Shown here piece after piece: positions 10,749-20,577 of a DNA stretch of 64,000 bases. Position 1 is the stretch's first letter. Each line of letters starts with the position of its first letter. Origin of the DNA: a bacterium (GTDB lineage: Bacteria; Zhuqueibacterota; Zhuqueibacteria; Residuimicrobiales; Krinioviventaceae); the NCBI GenBank assembly GCA_963675755.2, contig CAXXMD010000002.1:1568001-1632000 (forward strand). The letters run 5' to 3'. The notes beneath the pieces were generated by a model. That model saw only the letters and a list, made by a program, of their open reading frames with translations, made no database searches and had not been told where the DNA came from. Position numbers and translations under genes: made by a program.

Positions 10749-11932
10749 ACTTCTCCCGTGCTTAAATCCACTACCTTGTCTCCCGGTTTGAATCCTTCAC
10801 CGGAAATAACAACATGTTCAAAATTTTTAGGGCCCAGTTCAACTTTTACTCTCTTGTTTCCGGAGCCTTTTTGTAAATATATATAATAGTTGCCATCTTC
10901 TTCTTCAATGCACTCGTTTTTTACATAGGTTGCATCTTTGATCTGCGATACCAGAAATTCACAGCTCACTGTCATACCCGGTCTTACAATGCGTGTAATA
11001 TCATCCAACAATACTTCAACATCAAAAACTTTGATCTTGGATTCCCGTTCTTTTTTACGACACACCTTGCTTACAAAGGTCACAGTGCCGGTAAATTCAT
11101 CTTTTGGAAACGCATCGAGCCATACCGAAGCCTTTTGTCCTACTTTGATCTTTGTCGCGTCGCGTTCATTTACGGTGGTTAGTACTTTCATTTTGCTCAA
11201 ATCCGGAAGCTTTATAATTCCGTGCCCTGGTCGTAATTCACTCCCCACCTCAGTTTTGCCCCTCCACCGATGAACATAGTGCACGACCATTCCATCTGCC
11301 GGAGCACGCAACATAAAGTTATTCATTGTTCGTTCGGCTTTATCAATTGCAGACAATATCTGCTTCTTTTTTTCATCCTGAATGATCAATTCTTCATGAT
11401 TGAGGATTTTCTGCAACTCGAGTGTTTCACGACATTTTTCAAGTTCTATTTTGGCAATTTTAAATTCGAGTCGGGATATCTCTTTTTGTGCATTGGATTC
11501 AAATTGTACACGCTGAGTATCAATTATCGCTTTTCGAAACGTAGCTTCAGCGGATTTTAGCTCTGCTTCAAGTCCTTTTATCGCTGTTTCCTGCTCTGCT
11601 AACAGTTTATTATAGTCCGCAGTGTATATTTCCATCTCAGATCTACGAGTACCCAATTCCTTTGCAACAGATGAAGTATCGATCATACCTACATATTCAC
11701 CTTTTTTTACACGGGTACCTTCATCCACCATATCTGCAACTTTGGGTCTGCCATACGCCCAGTTAAATTGGGGCATAACTACCAGCTTTGAATTCACAGA
11801 ACGCACTTCACCGGTTTCTGTAATTGTGGCCTCAAATGTACCTTTTTGTATTCTGTCGCCACCGGACAATGCTCCTCCACATGCAGCAATTAATGATGCC
11901 AATAACGGAAAGGCGATTAACCATTTTTTCAT
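10745..11932 (-). CDS. HlyD/MacA-family periplasmic adaptor (lipoprotein)
   Basis: Lipobox IAAC; coiled coil; LRAPADG, LPDLSKM and RPGMTVSC motifs. Confidence 0.88.
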   Translation of the reverse strand: MKKWLIAFPLLASLIAACGGALSGGDRIQKGTFEATITETGEVRSVNSKLVVMPQFNWAYGRPKVADMVDEGTRVKKGEYVGMIDTSSVAKELGTRRSEMEIYTADYNKLLAEQETAIKGLEAELKSAEATFRKAIIDTQRVQFESNAQKEISRLEFKIAKIELEKCRETLELQKILNHEELIIQDEKKKQILSAIDKAERTMNNFMLRAPADGMVVHYVHRWRGKTEVGSELRPGHGIIKLPDLSKMKVLTTVNERDATKIKVGQKASVWLDAFPKDEFTGTVTFVSKVCRKKERESKIKVFDVEVLLDDITRIVRPGMTVSCEFLVSQIKDATYVKNECIEEEDGNYYIYLQKGSGNKRVKVELGPKNFEHVVISGEGFKPGDKVVDLSTGEV

Positions 11933-13164
11933 GATTCCTCTCCCTTTTCTTTTTCTTCCGGTGCTTTAAAAATTTCAGGATCAACAAGAGCAAGTTCCAT
12001 ATTCGGTTCAATTCCCTTAGCTACAATCACATAATCATCATTCTCCGAACCCAGTGTAACCGGAACCGTATCAAAATCTCTGCCTTTTTTCACATATACA
12101 ACATCCTGACCGTCTTTATGAAAAACAGCTTCTATAGGTACATATAGTGTATCCGCAATTCGGTCAATCACAATTTCGCAACTGACAGTCATGCCGGGCA
12201 TTAAAGCTTCATGGGTTCTGTCAAGGTTGACAATAACATCAAAAACTTTGACTTTGGAATCACGTTCTTTATTACGTGCCAGGGTTGCGATATCTGTTAC
12301 TATCCCTGTAAATACAGAATCCGGATATGCATCCAAACGAATGTTTACCTGCTGCAAGGTATCTATCTTGGCAATATCCACCTCATTGACCGGCACTTTG
12401 GCGCTCATCAGTGTCAGATCAGGAAGTTTTGCAATAGAATTTCCCCGCCAAACATTATCGTCAACCTGATATTTATCATCAGTTGAACGGTTTCTTTCAA
12501 GAATGGCAATACCGGGAGATGGTGCGGTTATGGTCAATTTATCAAGAGTGATCTGTGCTTCTTCAAATTTGGTTTCTTCCTGGTGAACCTGAAGTTGTAA
12601 TTTATTTAGCTCTTCACGGCTTACATTTTTTTGGTTTTCAATTTCCTGTTTTGCTTTTTCCAGCGTAATAACCGAACGGTCCAGCTCTAGCTGAATTTCT
12701 TTTTTACGGATCTCTGACTCGTATGTAGCTTTTTCAAGATTGAGTTGAGAAATCTTGTATTGCAACTGGGTCTTTTCAAGATCAGATTCCAATTCTTTCA
12801 TCCGTGATGCATTACTTGCCTGTGCTTTACGTAATTCTGCTTTGGCAATCTCGAGGGCTGCCTCAGCATCATCCAGCGCTTTTTTCACTTCGGTTTGATC
12901 AAAACGGACAATCAAATCTCCATTTTTAACCTGAGCGCCATCTTCAATAATATCTGTAATCTGCAATCCACCAAACCGCCATGAAATAGACGGCGCTTTA
13001 ATCATGATGGAATTTACTGCTTCCAGCTCACCTGTTTCAACAACACTGTACAGGAAATCACCGCGTTTTACTTTATAGGTTTCTATTTCCATTTCAGTTT
13101 CGGAACCACAGCCCGCTAATAACCAGATTACCAGTAATGCAAATAATAAAATTTTATTCTTCAT
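11929..13164 (-). CDS. HlyD/MacA-family periplasmic adaptor (lipoprotein)
   Basis: Lipobox LAGC; ITAPSPG, LPDLTLM and MPGMTVSC motifs. Confidence 0.88.
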   Translation of the reverse strand: MKNKILLFALLVIWLLAGCGSETEMEIETYKVKRGDFLYSVVETGELEAVNSIMIKAPSISWRFGGLQITDIIEDGAQVKNGDLIVRFDQTEVKKALDDAEAALEIAKAELRKAQASNASRMKELESDLEKTQLQYKISQLNLEKATYESEIRKKEIQLELDRSVITLEKAKQEIENQKNVSREELNKLQLQVHQEETKFEEAQITLDKLTITAPSPGIAILERNRSTDDKYQVDDNVWRGNSIAKLPDLTLMSAKVPVNEVDIAKIDTLQQVNIRLDAYPDSVFTGIVTDIATLARNKERDSKVKVFDVIVNLDRTHEALMPGMTVSCEIVIDRIADTLYVPIEAVFHKDGQDVVYVKKGRDFDTVPVTLGSENDDYVIVAKGIEPNMELALVDPEIFKAPEEKEKGEES

Positions 13165-13178
13165 GCTTTTGTCCCGAT

Positions 13179-14507
13179 TTATTCAATTGTTTGAGATATT
13201 TTTCTGTTATCTGACAGTTGTGTTAGAGTTGAATCCGCCGCCGGTACTGTTTGTGTAGAATCGCTTTTCAGTGAATCAACTGGCAGCTTGTATGCTGTCA
13301 AAGTGTCCGGCCAGTCAACATTTTTTTCCGGTGGCTGCAAAAGTGCAAGTTCAAGAGCATTTGTAAAATCCCCATGGATCAATGTATAATCATAATCCTG
13401 ACCGGTTTGTGCAATGGGATAAGGTTTAAATTTCTTGCCATCTTTTGCATATACAATTTTTACACTGTCATGTTCAAAAATACATTCAAGGGGAACTGCC
13501 AGTGCATTTTCAATGGTTTCAACTTTAATATTACACATTGCAGTCAATCCTGGCACCATCCCCGGGTATGTACTATCCGCTTGAACAACCACATCCACTT
13601 TTTTGACTTTGGAACGCCGTCTGATGGGTTTGGCCATTTTATCAACAAAACTAACCTTGCCTGTAAGGTTTAAATCTTTTAATACGGGAATATAGATTGT
13701 TGCCTGCTGACCAAGTTTAAGCTTTTGAGATTCCGTTTCACTCACCTGGAGTTTTACCTGCATTGCCGACATGTCTGGAATTCTGGCAATAGGTCGTCCG
13801 GGATACGCCCGGTCACCAACCAGTACCGGTTCATTGCTCCAGCGATTTCGGACATGTACCACATAGCCGTCAACAGGTGCCAAAATGGAAAGCTTTTTCA
13901 GGTCCTGACTGAATTTATCAACCCTGGATTGCGCCTGGCGAATGATCAAATTCTGATGGGCCCGCTCTTCTTTCTGAATTGCGGCAAGAAATTCCATCTT
14001 TTCCATATTTTGCTGGGCATCCAGCTCATATTGTTCAATTTGGAGCTGCTTTATTTCTCTGACTTTGGGAGGTTCGAATTCAAGTTTTGAAGACTGGAGT
14101 TTAGCGGACTGCATGGAAGCAAGTGCGTCTTTGTATTGCGATTCATATTGCAAACGCTCTAATTCTAATTCAGCAAATCGTTGTTCCGCATCTGCTTTTG
14201 CTACCTGCAGTTCATCCAAAGCGTTTACATAATTATTTTGTAGTTCTTCTGCTTCGAGTGTAAATACTACGTCCCCTGCATTAATATAGGTCCCTTCTTC
14301 CGCCAAATAAGCTACCTGCATATCCGCCCAAATATGAGGTGCGGGAAGGACCTGGGCCTTGATTGCTTCCAAAACCCCTTCTGCTTCAACCTGAACAGTA
14401 AAGTCCTGTCTGGTGGCATGATATGTCAAGATCGCTTTTCCGGATTTGGAATTGCAACCCAACAACAAATAGAATAACAGGAAAACATATATGTTTTTTT
14501 TCATCAT
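13179..14507 (-). CDS. HlyD/MacA-family periplasmic adaptor (lipoprotein)
   Basis: Likely start MMKKNIY at 14507 after AGGA RBS; lipobox LLGC; ILAPVDG and IPDMSAM motifs. Confidence 0.85.
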   Translation of the reverse strand: MMKKNIYVFLLFYLLLGCNSKSGKAILTYHATRQDFTVQVEAEGVLEAIKAQVLPAPHIWADMQVAYLAEEGTYINAGDVVFTLEAEELQNNYVNALDELQVAKADAEQRFAELELERLQYESQYKDALASMQSAKLQSSKLEFEPPKVREIKQLQIEQYELDAQQNMEKMEFLAAIQKEERAHQNLIIRQAQSRVDKFSQDLKKLSILAPVDGYVVHVRNRWSNEPVLVGDRAYPGRPIARIPDMSAMQVKLQVSETESQKLKLGQQATIYIPVLKDLNLTGKVSFVDKMAKPIRRRSKVKKVDVVVQADSTYPGMVPGLTAMCNIKVETIENALAVPLECIFEHDSVKIVYAKDGKKFKPYPIAQTGQDYDYTLIHGDFTNALELALLQPPEKNVDWPDTLTAYKLPVDSLKSDSTQTVPAADSTLTQLSDNRKISQTIE

Positions 14508-14594
14508 GGTTCCTGGTTGTTTTAAATCTATTCTAATAACCGTTTGCCGGTTCTGTTTGGAAATCTTGAGGACTACATGCAAAGAATATTATAT

Positions 14595-15821
14595 TCAGGG
14601 ATATATCATATATTTTTTACGTAATGTAATAAATTTCTCAACACCAACTTGTAAAACATTGTAAAAACTCTTCCCATCTTGTATTGTCACCCTTACCTTA
14701 TCTGTCCCCATTGCGAAATCAAACATATCTGTTCTTTCCGAATCAAATATATCATGATCAGGATACAACCGATATAATGCATCAAGAATATGGAATTGTG
14801 TCTCCATTGGCCTGTATAAACTATAATCTATTATATGTACTTGAACCCCCTCAAGTTCCTTATTTTCAAGAGAAGTATAGTATGGAGTAAAGTACAGGGG
14901 TCTAAATTTAACTCCGGGAAGATCCTGTTTGTTTAAATAATCAGCAAGTTCTTTACCATTAATCCATACCTGCCCCACCAGTTCAAAAGGCAATGTATAA
15001 CCAACGCCTCCATTTACCTTACTCAACTCGCCCATACATCCGGTTGTTGCGGTAAAGAATGGCGTTGTGCTTCTGGGAATATGCGGAGAAGTAGGCACCC
15101 ATTCCAGACCAGTATCATCAAAACGCATCCATCTCTGCCAGTTTTTCATGGGTACAACTGTCAAATTTGCATTGATGTCAAATTCTGTATTAAATAACTG
15201 AGCCAGCTCGCCAATTGTCAGTCCGTAAATATACGGTATTTCATACATGCCAATAAAGGATTTAAATCCGGGTTCCAGCATGGGCCCTTCAACCAGCTCA
15301 CCGCCCAAAGGATTGGGACGATCAAGAACCAAAACAGGCAGATTATTTTCTGCTGCTGCTTTCATAACATTGGCCATGGTATAAATATAAGTATATGCTC
15401 TTGAACCGATATCCTGTATATCAAATATCAATACATCCATATTCTCAAGCATTTCAGCAGTGGGCTTTTTTGTTTTTCCATAAAGACTGTAAACGGGTAC
15501 ACCGGTTAATGAATCGATATAGGAAGCCACTTTTTTACCGGCATCATGACTGCCTCTCACACCATGTTCAGGGCCAAACAAAGCAGTCAGCGTCACATCC
15601 GGATGATTGCTCAAAACGTCTACACTGCTTTGCAAATCCCGGGTAATGCCAGTGGGATTGGTAACCAAACCTACTCGTTTACCACTAACCAGGTGCAGAC
15701 TGTCACTCATCAATACATCAATACCGGGCAAAACAATGGATTGGTTTAGCGATTCCGGCTGTTTTGTGCAATATACAACGAATGATAGAATGAATAAAAT
15801 TTTTAGTAACAATCTAGACAT
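14595..15821 (-). CDS. namZ: Exo-beta-N-acetylmuramidase NamZ (DUF1343)
   Basis: GLVTNPTG, LFGPEHG, FDIQDIGSR, LDRPNPLGG and WVPTSPHIP. Confidence 0.9.
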   Translation of the reverse strand: MSRLLLKILFILSFVVYCTKQPESLNQSIVLPGIDVLMSDSLHLVSGKRVGLVTNPTGITRDLQSSVDVLSNHPDVTLTALFGPEHGVRGSHDAGKKVASYIDSLTGVPVYSLYGKTKKPTAEMLENMDVLIFDIQDIGSRAYTYIYTMANVMKAAAENNLPVLVLDRPNPLGGELVEGPMLEPGFKSFIGMYEIPYIYGLTIGELAQLFNTEFDINANLTVVPMKNWQRWMRFDDTGLEWVPTSPHIPRSTTPFFTATTGCMGELSKVNGGVGYTLPFELVGQVWINGKELADYLNKQDLPGVKFRPLYFTPYYTSLENKELEGVQVHIIDYSLYRPMETQFHILDALYRLYPDHDIFDSERTDMFDFAMGTDKVRVTIQDGKSFYNVLQVGVEKFITLRKKYMIYP

Positions 15822-15833
15822 TGATGAAAACCA

Positions 15834-17087
15834 TTATTCGTTTTCAATGGGGATAAAAAACAGCATTAATAAACCCGGGACTGTTAACAACAAAACCGAT
15901 ACAAAAAACCAGGTGTATCCCAATTGCTGCTGCAAAAACCCGCTTAAAACACCGGGCAGCATCATACCCAATGCCATAATACCGGTTGATATAGCATAAT
16001 GAGATGTTTTATATGGCTCTTTGGCAAAATACATGAGGAAAACCATAAAAGCAGTAAAACCGATACCATATCCAAACTGTTCAAATCCCACAAGTACATA
16101 TATCAATGCCAGTGAAGGTTTATAGATTGACATATAGATATAAACAACATCAGGGAGTTTAAGCATAAGAGCCATGGGCCAGAGGCATTTTTTTAGTCCG
16201 AATTTAGAGATCAGCCAACCGCCCAATATTCCACCTATGGTCAGCATCAAGACCCCCATTGTTCCCTTAACCATACCAACAGTTTCAGTTGCTAATCCCA
16301 ATCCTCCGGCATCTACCGAATCCAGTAAAAACGCGGGAGACATTTTTTCAAGTACCGCTTCACCCAGTCGATAGAGTAAAATAAACAACACAACAATCCA
16401 AACTTTTTCCTGCTTGAAATACGATACAAACACATCAAACAACTCTGAAAATCCCTTGTTCTGTTTTTTCTCAATCGTATTTTCTGGGTATGGTAAATAA
16501 AACCGATGAAACAGAAACATAATCAAAAACAACAGACCGGTGAATCCCATTACGACCTGCCAACTCGCAGCCATTGAAAATGATCGTTTTTGCAGCAATC
16601 CGGCCAAAACAACCAGAAAACCGGATCCGAAAATAACAGCAATACGATAAAATGTGGATCGAACACCAACATATAAGGATTGCATTTTTTCAGACAACGA
16701 CAGCATATAATAGCCGTCAATGGCAATATCATGCGTGGCGGATACAAAGGCAAGAGCAGAAAACACGATTATACTGGCAAGAATATAAAAATTGAACTGT
16801 AGAAAAGCGGCAAGTAAAAATAATCCGGTACCGAGTAAAAGCTCCGAGTAAACAATCCAGTTGCGTTTTGTAGACTGGGTATCAACCAACGGGGCCCACA
16901 GCATTTTAATTACCCAGGGCCACATGAAAAGTGCTGTTAATCCAACAAACTGGTTAGAAGCACCCAGATTTTTATACATGATCACAGAAACACTATTGAT
17001 CACAATATAAGGTAATCCCTCGGCAAAATAAAGAGTTGGGACAAAAATCCACGGTTTGCGGTCAGGCCGCGAAGCAGTATCAGCCAT
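15834..17087 (-). CDS. ampG: AmpG-like muropeptide MFS permease
   Basis: LYFAEGLPY, KMLWAPLVD and SATHDIAIDGYY motifs; adjacent to namZ. Confidence 0.8.
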   Translation of the reverse strand: MADTASRPDRKPWIFVPTLYFAEGLPYIVINSVSVIMYKNLGASNQFVGLTALFMWPWVIKMLWAPLVDTQSTKRNWIVYSELLLGTGLFLLAAFLQFNFYILASIIVFSALAFVSATHDIAIDGYYMLSLSEKMQSLYVGVRSTFYRIAVIFGSGFLVVLAGLLQKRSFSMAASWQVVMGFTGLLFLIMFLFHRFYLPYPENTIEKKQNKGFSELFDVFVSYFKQEKVWIVVLFILLYRLGEAVLEKMSPAFLLDSVDAGGLGLATETVGMVKGTMGVLMLTIGGILGGWLISKFGLKKCLWPMALMLKLPDVVYIYMSIYKPSLALIYVLVGFEQFGYGIGFTAFMVFLMYFAKEPYKTSHYAISTGIMALGMMLPGVLSGFLQQQLGYTWFFVSVLLLTVPGLLMLFFIPIENE

Positions 17088-17122
17088 ACTAATAAACAAT
17101 CAGATTAATTATTTTTCAATTT

Positions 17123-17695
17123 TCAGGAATTACTGCGCAGATCTTTTTTCAGTCGCTTAATTTCATCTCGTATCTTGGCGGCATCTTCATAACGTTCATC
17201 TTGAACAGCACTGCGAAGGTCAACATTCAACTGTTCCAAACGGTCCCCCGGGGCCAGTTCTTCATCAAAGACTTCTTCGTCACCCTTGGTTTCATTTTCT
17301 GTAATTGACGCTTTTGACATTACATCTTCTTCAACAAAAATGTCCGCTTTCATTCTCAAGGCAAGCGCGATAGCATCACTGGGACGCGCATCTATATTTT
17401 TCACTTCACCGTTTACATCCAACCCCAAAAGAGCAAAATAGGTATTATCTCTCAAATCGTTAACAATGATACGTGAAATATAAACATCTATGGTTTCGAG
17501 TAGATTTTTAATCAAATCATGGGTCAATGGCCTCGGAGGAGAAATATTTTCCAACTGTAATGCAATAGCCTGAGCTTCGGTCGAACCGACGACTATGGGC
17601 AGCCAGCGATTCAGTTTTTCATCTTTGAGAATAACGACAAAACGACTGGTCGCTGTGTCTAATGTTACACGTTCTACTTTAACGCGAACCAGCAT
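17123..17695 (-). CDS. Bifunctional nuclease (DUF151) with C-terminal UvrB/C motif
   Basis: EAQAIA, PRPLTHDL and DARPSDAIALA; C-terminal ERYEDAAKIRDEI. Confidence 0.9.
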   Translation of the reverse strand: MLVRVKVERVTLDTATSRFVVILKDEKLNRWLPIVVGSTEAQAIALQLENISPPRPLTHDLIKNLLETIDVYISRIIVNDLRDNTYFALLGLDVNGEVKNIDARPSDAIALALRMKADIFVEEDVMSKASITENETKGDEEVFDEELAPGDRLEQLNVDLRSAVQDERYEDAAKIRDEIKRLKKDLRSNS

Positions 17696-17737
17696 TAACT
17701 TTCCTCCGTAATCAGAATAACTACTTTTTGATCTGTA

Positions 17738-17766
17738 ATTTTACTAATTTTTCGTTCCAGTGTCAA
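17738..17766 (-). promoter_or_regulatory. Sigma-70-type promoter of the DUF151-ampG-namZ-efflux operon
   Basis: Minus strand TTGACA-17 nt-TAAAAT. Confidence 0.6.
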
Positions 17767-17799
17767 GGTTTATTTTTATGATTTTTAATAACATACACC

Positions 17800-18165
17800 T
17801 TAAACCTCAAGGTCTAGTCTGCATGATAAAAATTGACGATTACGAGCAATCCATGCATAAATTCGTGGTGACAGCTTGCGGAAAAATGGTAATCTTAAAA
17901 CTCTGGCCATCCATCGCCATCGTTTTAAATTCATGATAATATCAGGTATACCGTCTGCACCACTCAACACTGAACCATCATTCAAGATTACTTGTATAGC
18001 GGTCATACAGGCATCTGTTGTTATCTGCGGAAAACGTTCTTTACGTTCATCAGACTGACAGGATATATATTCGAAGCGATTTGGCAATTCGTTTTTCCGA
18101 ATCCAACGAACGCTGGCCTGGCATAAACCACATTCACCATCATATATTATAACTATTTTTTTCAA
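17800..18165 (-). CDS. DCC1-like thiol-disulfide oxidoreductase (DUF393)
   Basis: YDGECGLC and YAWIARNR motifs. Confidence 0.88.
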   Translation of the reverse strand: MKKIVIIYDGECGLCQASVRWIRKNELPNRFEYISCQSDERKERFPQITTDACMTAIQVILNDGSVLSGADGIPDIIMNLKRWRWMARVLRLPFFRKLSPRIYAWIARNRQFLSCRLDLEV

Positions 18166-18297
18166 AAGAATATGCGCTTTTAATTCACAATTATATCAAA
18201 AAAGTTGCATCACATTTCATAATTTTGTATGTTGACAATCAATTGGAAATCAATTTATTGTCTTTAATCACCATTTCTTTATAAATACGGAGCCAAA

Positions 18298-18756
18298 ATG
18301 CTGACATTTGAAAATGCAATTATTAAAAAATACTGGCCGGCTGAAAACAAGGTTGATGATGATATAATCCGTCAGGTTCATATACAAACAGAAGTCGAAA
18401 TAGACAATTCCATGCAGGTTGCTGAGCTATATAACAATATGGTTCGCGGCCTTGTCAAAGTAGTGCTGCTGGATACCCTGACTGGTGAAGAATACACCCT
18501 CCCACCTGTTACTATCAGACCGTTTAATGTTAAGCAAAAGTCTGTAAAAACCGGCAAAGGTCGTGAAGCAGAAATCAGCAAAACAGAAATTGCCTCAATG
18601 ACACTGGTTAGCAAACTAACCGACAATAATGGCAGCACAATTCTAGCCGACCTGTACCGGTTCTTCCATATTCAGATCACAATCAACATGTACGAACTTC
18701 AACTCGCAGACACGGTAGAAACAGATGAAAGCGATGAAGTGGACGAATTTATCTAA
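18298..18756 (+). CDS. Hypothetical protein with acidic C-terminal tail
   Basis: GGAG RBS; fills the gap between neighbouring genes; no family recognised. Confidence 0.7.
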   Translation: MLTFENAIIKKYWPAENKVDDDIIRQVHIQTEVEIDNSMQVAELYNNMVRGLVKVVLLDTLTGEEYTLPPVTIRPFNVKQKSVKTGKGREAEISKTEIASMTLVSKLTDNNGSTILADLYRFFHIQITINMYELQLADTVETDESDEVDEFI

Positions 18757-18761
18757 TCCGG

Positions 18762-19280
18762 CTATAACAGGGATTTCAATGCCGCAAGTGCCTTGTCATA
18801 ATCCGGATGTGTGGCATTTTCTGAAAGCTGCTCTTTATATCTTACAACCTGGTCCGCGTCTACAATAAAGATCGAGCGGGCCAGCAATCTCAATTCTTTA
18901 ATTACCACTCCATACGACATACCAAATGACAAATCCCGATGATCAGACAGCACTTTGACTTTATCAACGCCTGCGGCACCACACCAGCGTTTTTGAGCAA
19001 AAGGCAAATCAACACTTAATGTCAAGATCTCAACCTGATCGCCCAGCTTTGCGGCTTCTTCATTGAAACGCTTGGTTTGAATGTCACAGATTGAAGTATC
19101 CAAAGAGGTGACTACGTTATATACCTGAATTTTTCCCTTTAAATCTTTGGACGAAAATTCTCCCAAAGCATTATCCAGGACTGTAAAATACGGTGCTTTG
19201 TCCCCTACTTTGACTTCCGTACCCAAAAGGGTTACAGGATTACCGCCAACAGTTAATATATTTTTACGTTCATTACTCAT
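18762..19280 (-). CDS. tpx: Thiol peroxidase (atypical 2-Cys peroxiredoxin)
   Basis: SLDTSIC and SVDLPFAQKRWC. Confidence 0.93.
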   Translation of the reverse strand: MSNERKNILTVGGNPVTLLGTEVKVGDKAPYFTVLDNALGEFSSKDLKGKIQVYNVVTSLDTSICDIQTKRFNEEAAKLGDQVEILTLSVDLPFAQKRWCGAAGVDKVKVLSDHRDLSFGMSYGVVIKELRLLARSIFIVDADQVVRYKEQLSENATHPDYDKALAALKSLL

Positions 19281-19356
19281 AATTTTCTCCCAATTTTCTA
19301 GTGCTTTTGGAAGATAAAACGATTAGAAAAATGCAGATATTCCCCCTGATTGCAAC

Positions 19357-20577
19357 TCAGCTCATAAACTGTGTACGTCTTTTAATTTCCTGATCGCTCC
19401 AGCTGCCACAGCCGGGTATCATGGTGCGCACAATGGATACAACATCGGAACTATCTACGAGCCCCAAACGCAGTGCGTGTTTGAGCGGTAAAAAATAATC
19501 TTCCGGAAGCACACGGTAATGTGCCTCACATTGCGGATGCGGTAACGGATGTTTGATCAAACCGGTCATTGCTAAAAAGATACCCACATAATGGCGGTAA
19601 ATCCCTACATTCCCCGGCGTCCAAAAGTCTTTGGCTGCGGCCTGCAGATCCTGCTCAATAGCCAGTGAACAGGGTTTGCCCATCCTTACAAATTCCCGCC
19701 ACAGCTTGAATAGCGTTGGACTGATTTGAGATGCGCCCAATAAATAACCATGCCTTTTCAAATTCTTTCCGTAACGTGCAAGTGCAATAAACCAGTCATT
19801 ACCAGTAGAAAACTGTACCCTGTCAGGGGCCACCTGCTCAACAATACGTAATCGATCGATATCATCACAAAAATCATACTGACAAACAAAATTCGATTTT
19901 CTGCTGATCAACGCACTTTTGTATTCATGGATCTCTGGGGTTTGCGCAATGATAGATTCAATTTCAAAAAGATTAAAGTTTGAACCAAATCCCGGAATAC
20001 CAATATCCAGTTCAAAAAACACAAAACCAAAATCCGTAAATTCAGAGACAACCTTGCCAATTTCACGATACGCTTTAATCTTTTCATCTGACGGAGCGTC
20101 ATACAATCGCTTATCCGGTACCGGCATATAACGAATACGACGGGTTGTTTTGCGTTCTCTCAGGCCGGCATCAATTTCTTTGATCAGCTCACGGGTCTTG
20201 CCTGCTACATCCTTTATATCAAGATCAAAAGGATTGGTATTAAGTCCGGCAACAATGAGTGGTCGGTCACTTGCTATATAGCCTGAATTTTCGGAAGCCA
20301 ATTCGGCGGTTCGCCAGATGAGTCTTTTGGTCAGGTCCCAATCGTTATAAATGGCCCAGGTTGTATCTACATTGGTTGCAGGCACATGCCCGGAGCGCAA
20401 GGCGTCAATAACCAGGTTATCATAACTCTCCCAGTCAAAGTTACCTTTTGGGTCCCACGGCCCATACAGGGCCGTTGTTCCCAGAATTTCTTTATTACAT
20501 TGACGGTCATACACATCCTGAATGGTCACTCCTGTAACCGGAGAATATGCTTGTGTCAATGGAATGCCTTTTGTCAT
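19357..20577 (-). CDS. Divergent DapA/DHDPS-like class I aldolase (TIM barrel), function unknown
   Basis: P-x-D-x-x-G-x-x-DW start; PATNVDT; putative Schiff-base Lys in EYKSA; STGND; YLLG. Resembles the uncharacterised 'PAVNMDTG' DHDPS-like family. Its ATG overlaps the upstream stop codon (TAATG). Confidence 0.6.
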   Translation of the reverse strand: MTKGIPLTQAYSPVTGVTIQDVYDRQCNKEILGTTALYGPWDPKGNFDWESYDNLVIDALRSGHVPATNVDTTWAIYNDWDLTKRLIWRTAELASENSGYIASDRPLIVAGLNTNPFDLDIKDVAGKTRELIKEIDAGLRERKTTRRIRYMPVPDKRLYDAPSDEKIKAYREIGKVVSEFTDFGFVFFELDIGIPGFGSNFNLFEIESIIAQTPEIHEYKSALISRKSNFVCQYDFCDDIDRLRIVEQVAPDRVQFSTGNDWFIALARYGKNLKRHGYLLGASQISPTLFKLWREFVRMGKPCSLAIEQDLQAAAKDFWTPGNVGIYRHYVGIFLAMTGLIKHPLPHPQCEAHYRVLPEDYFLPLKHALRLGLVDSSDVVSIVRTMIPGCGSWSDQEIKRRTQFMS

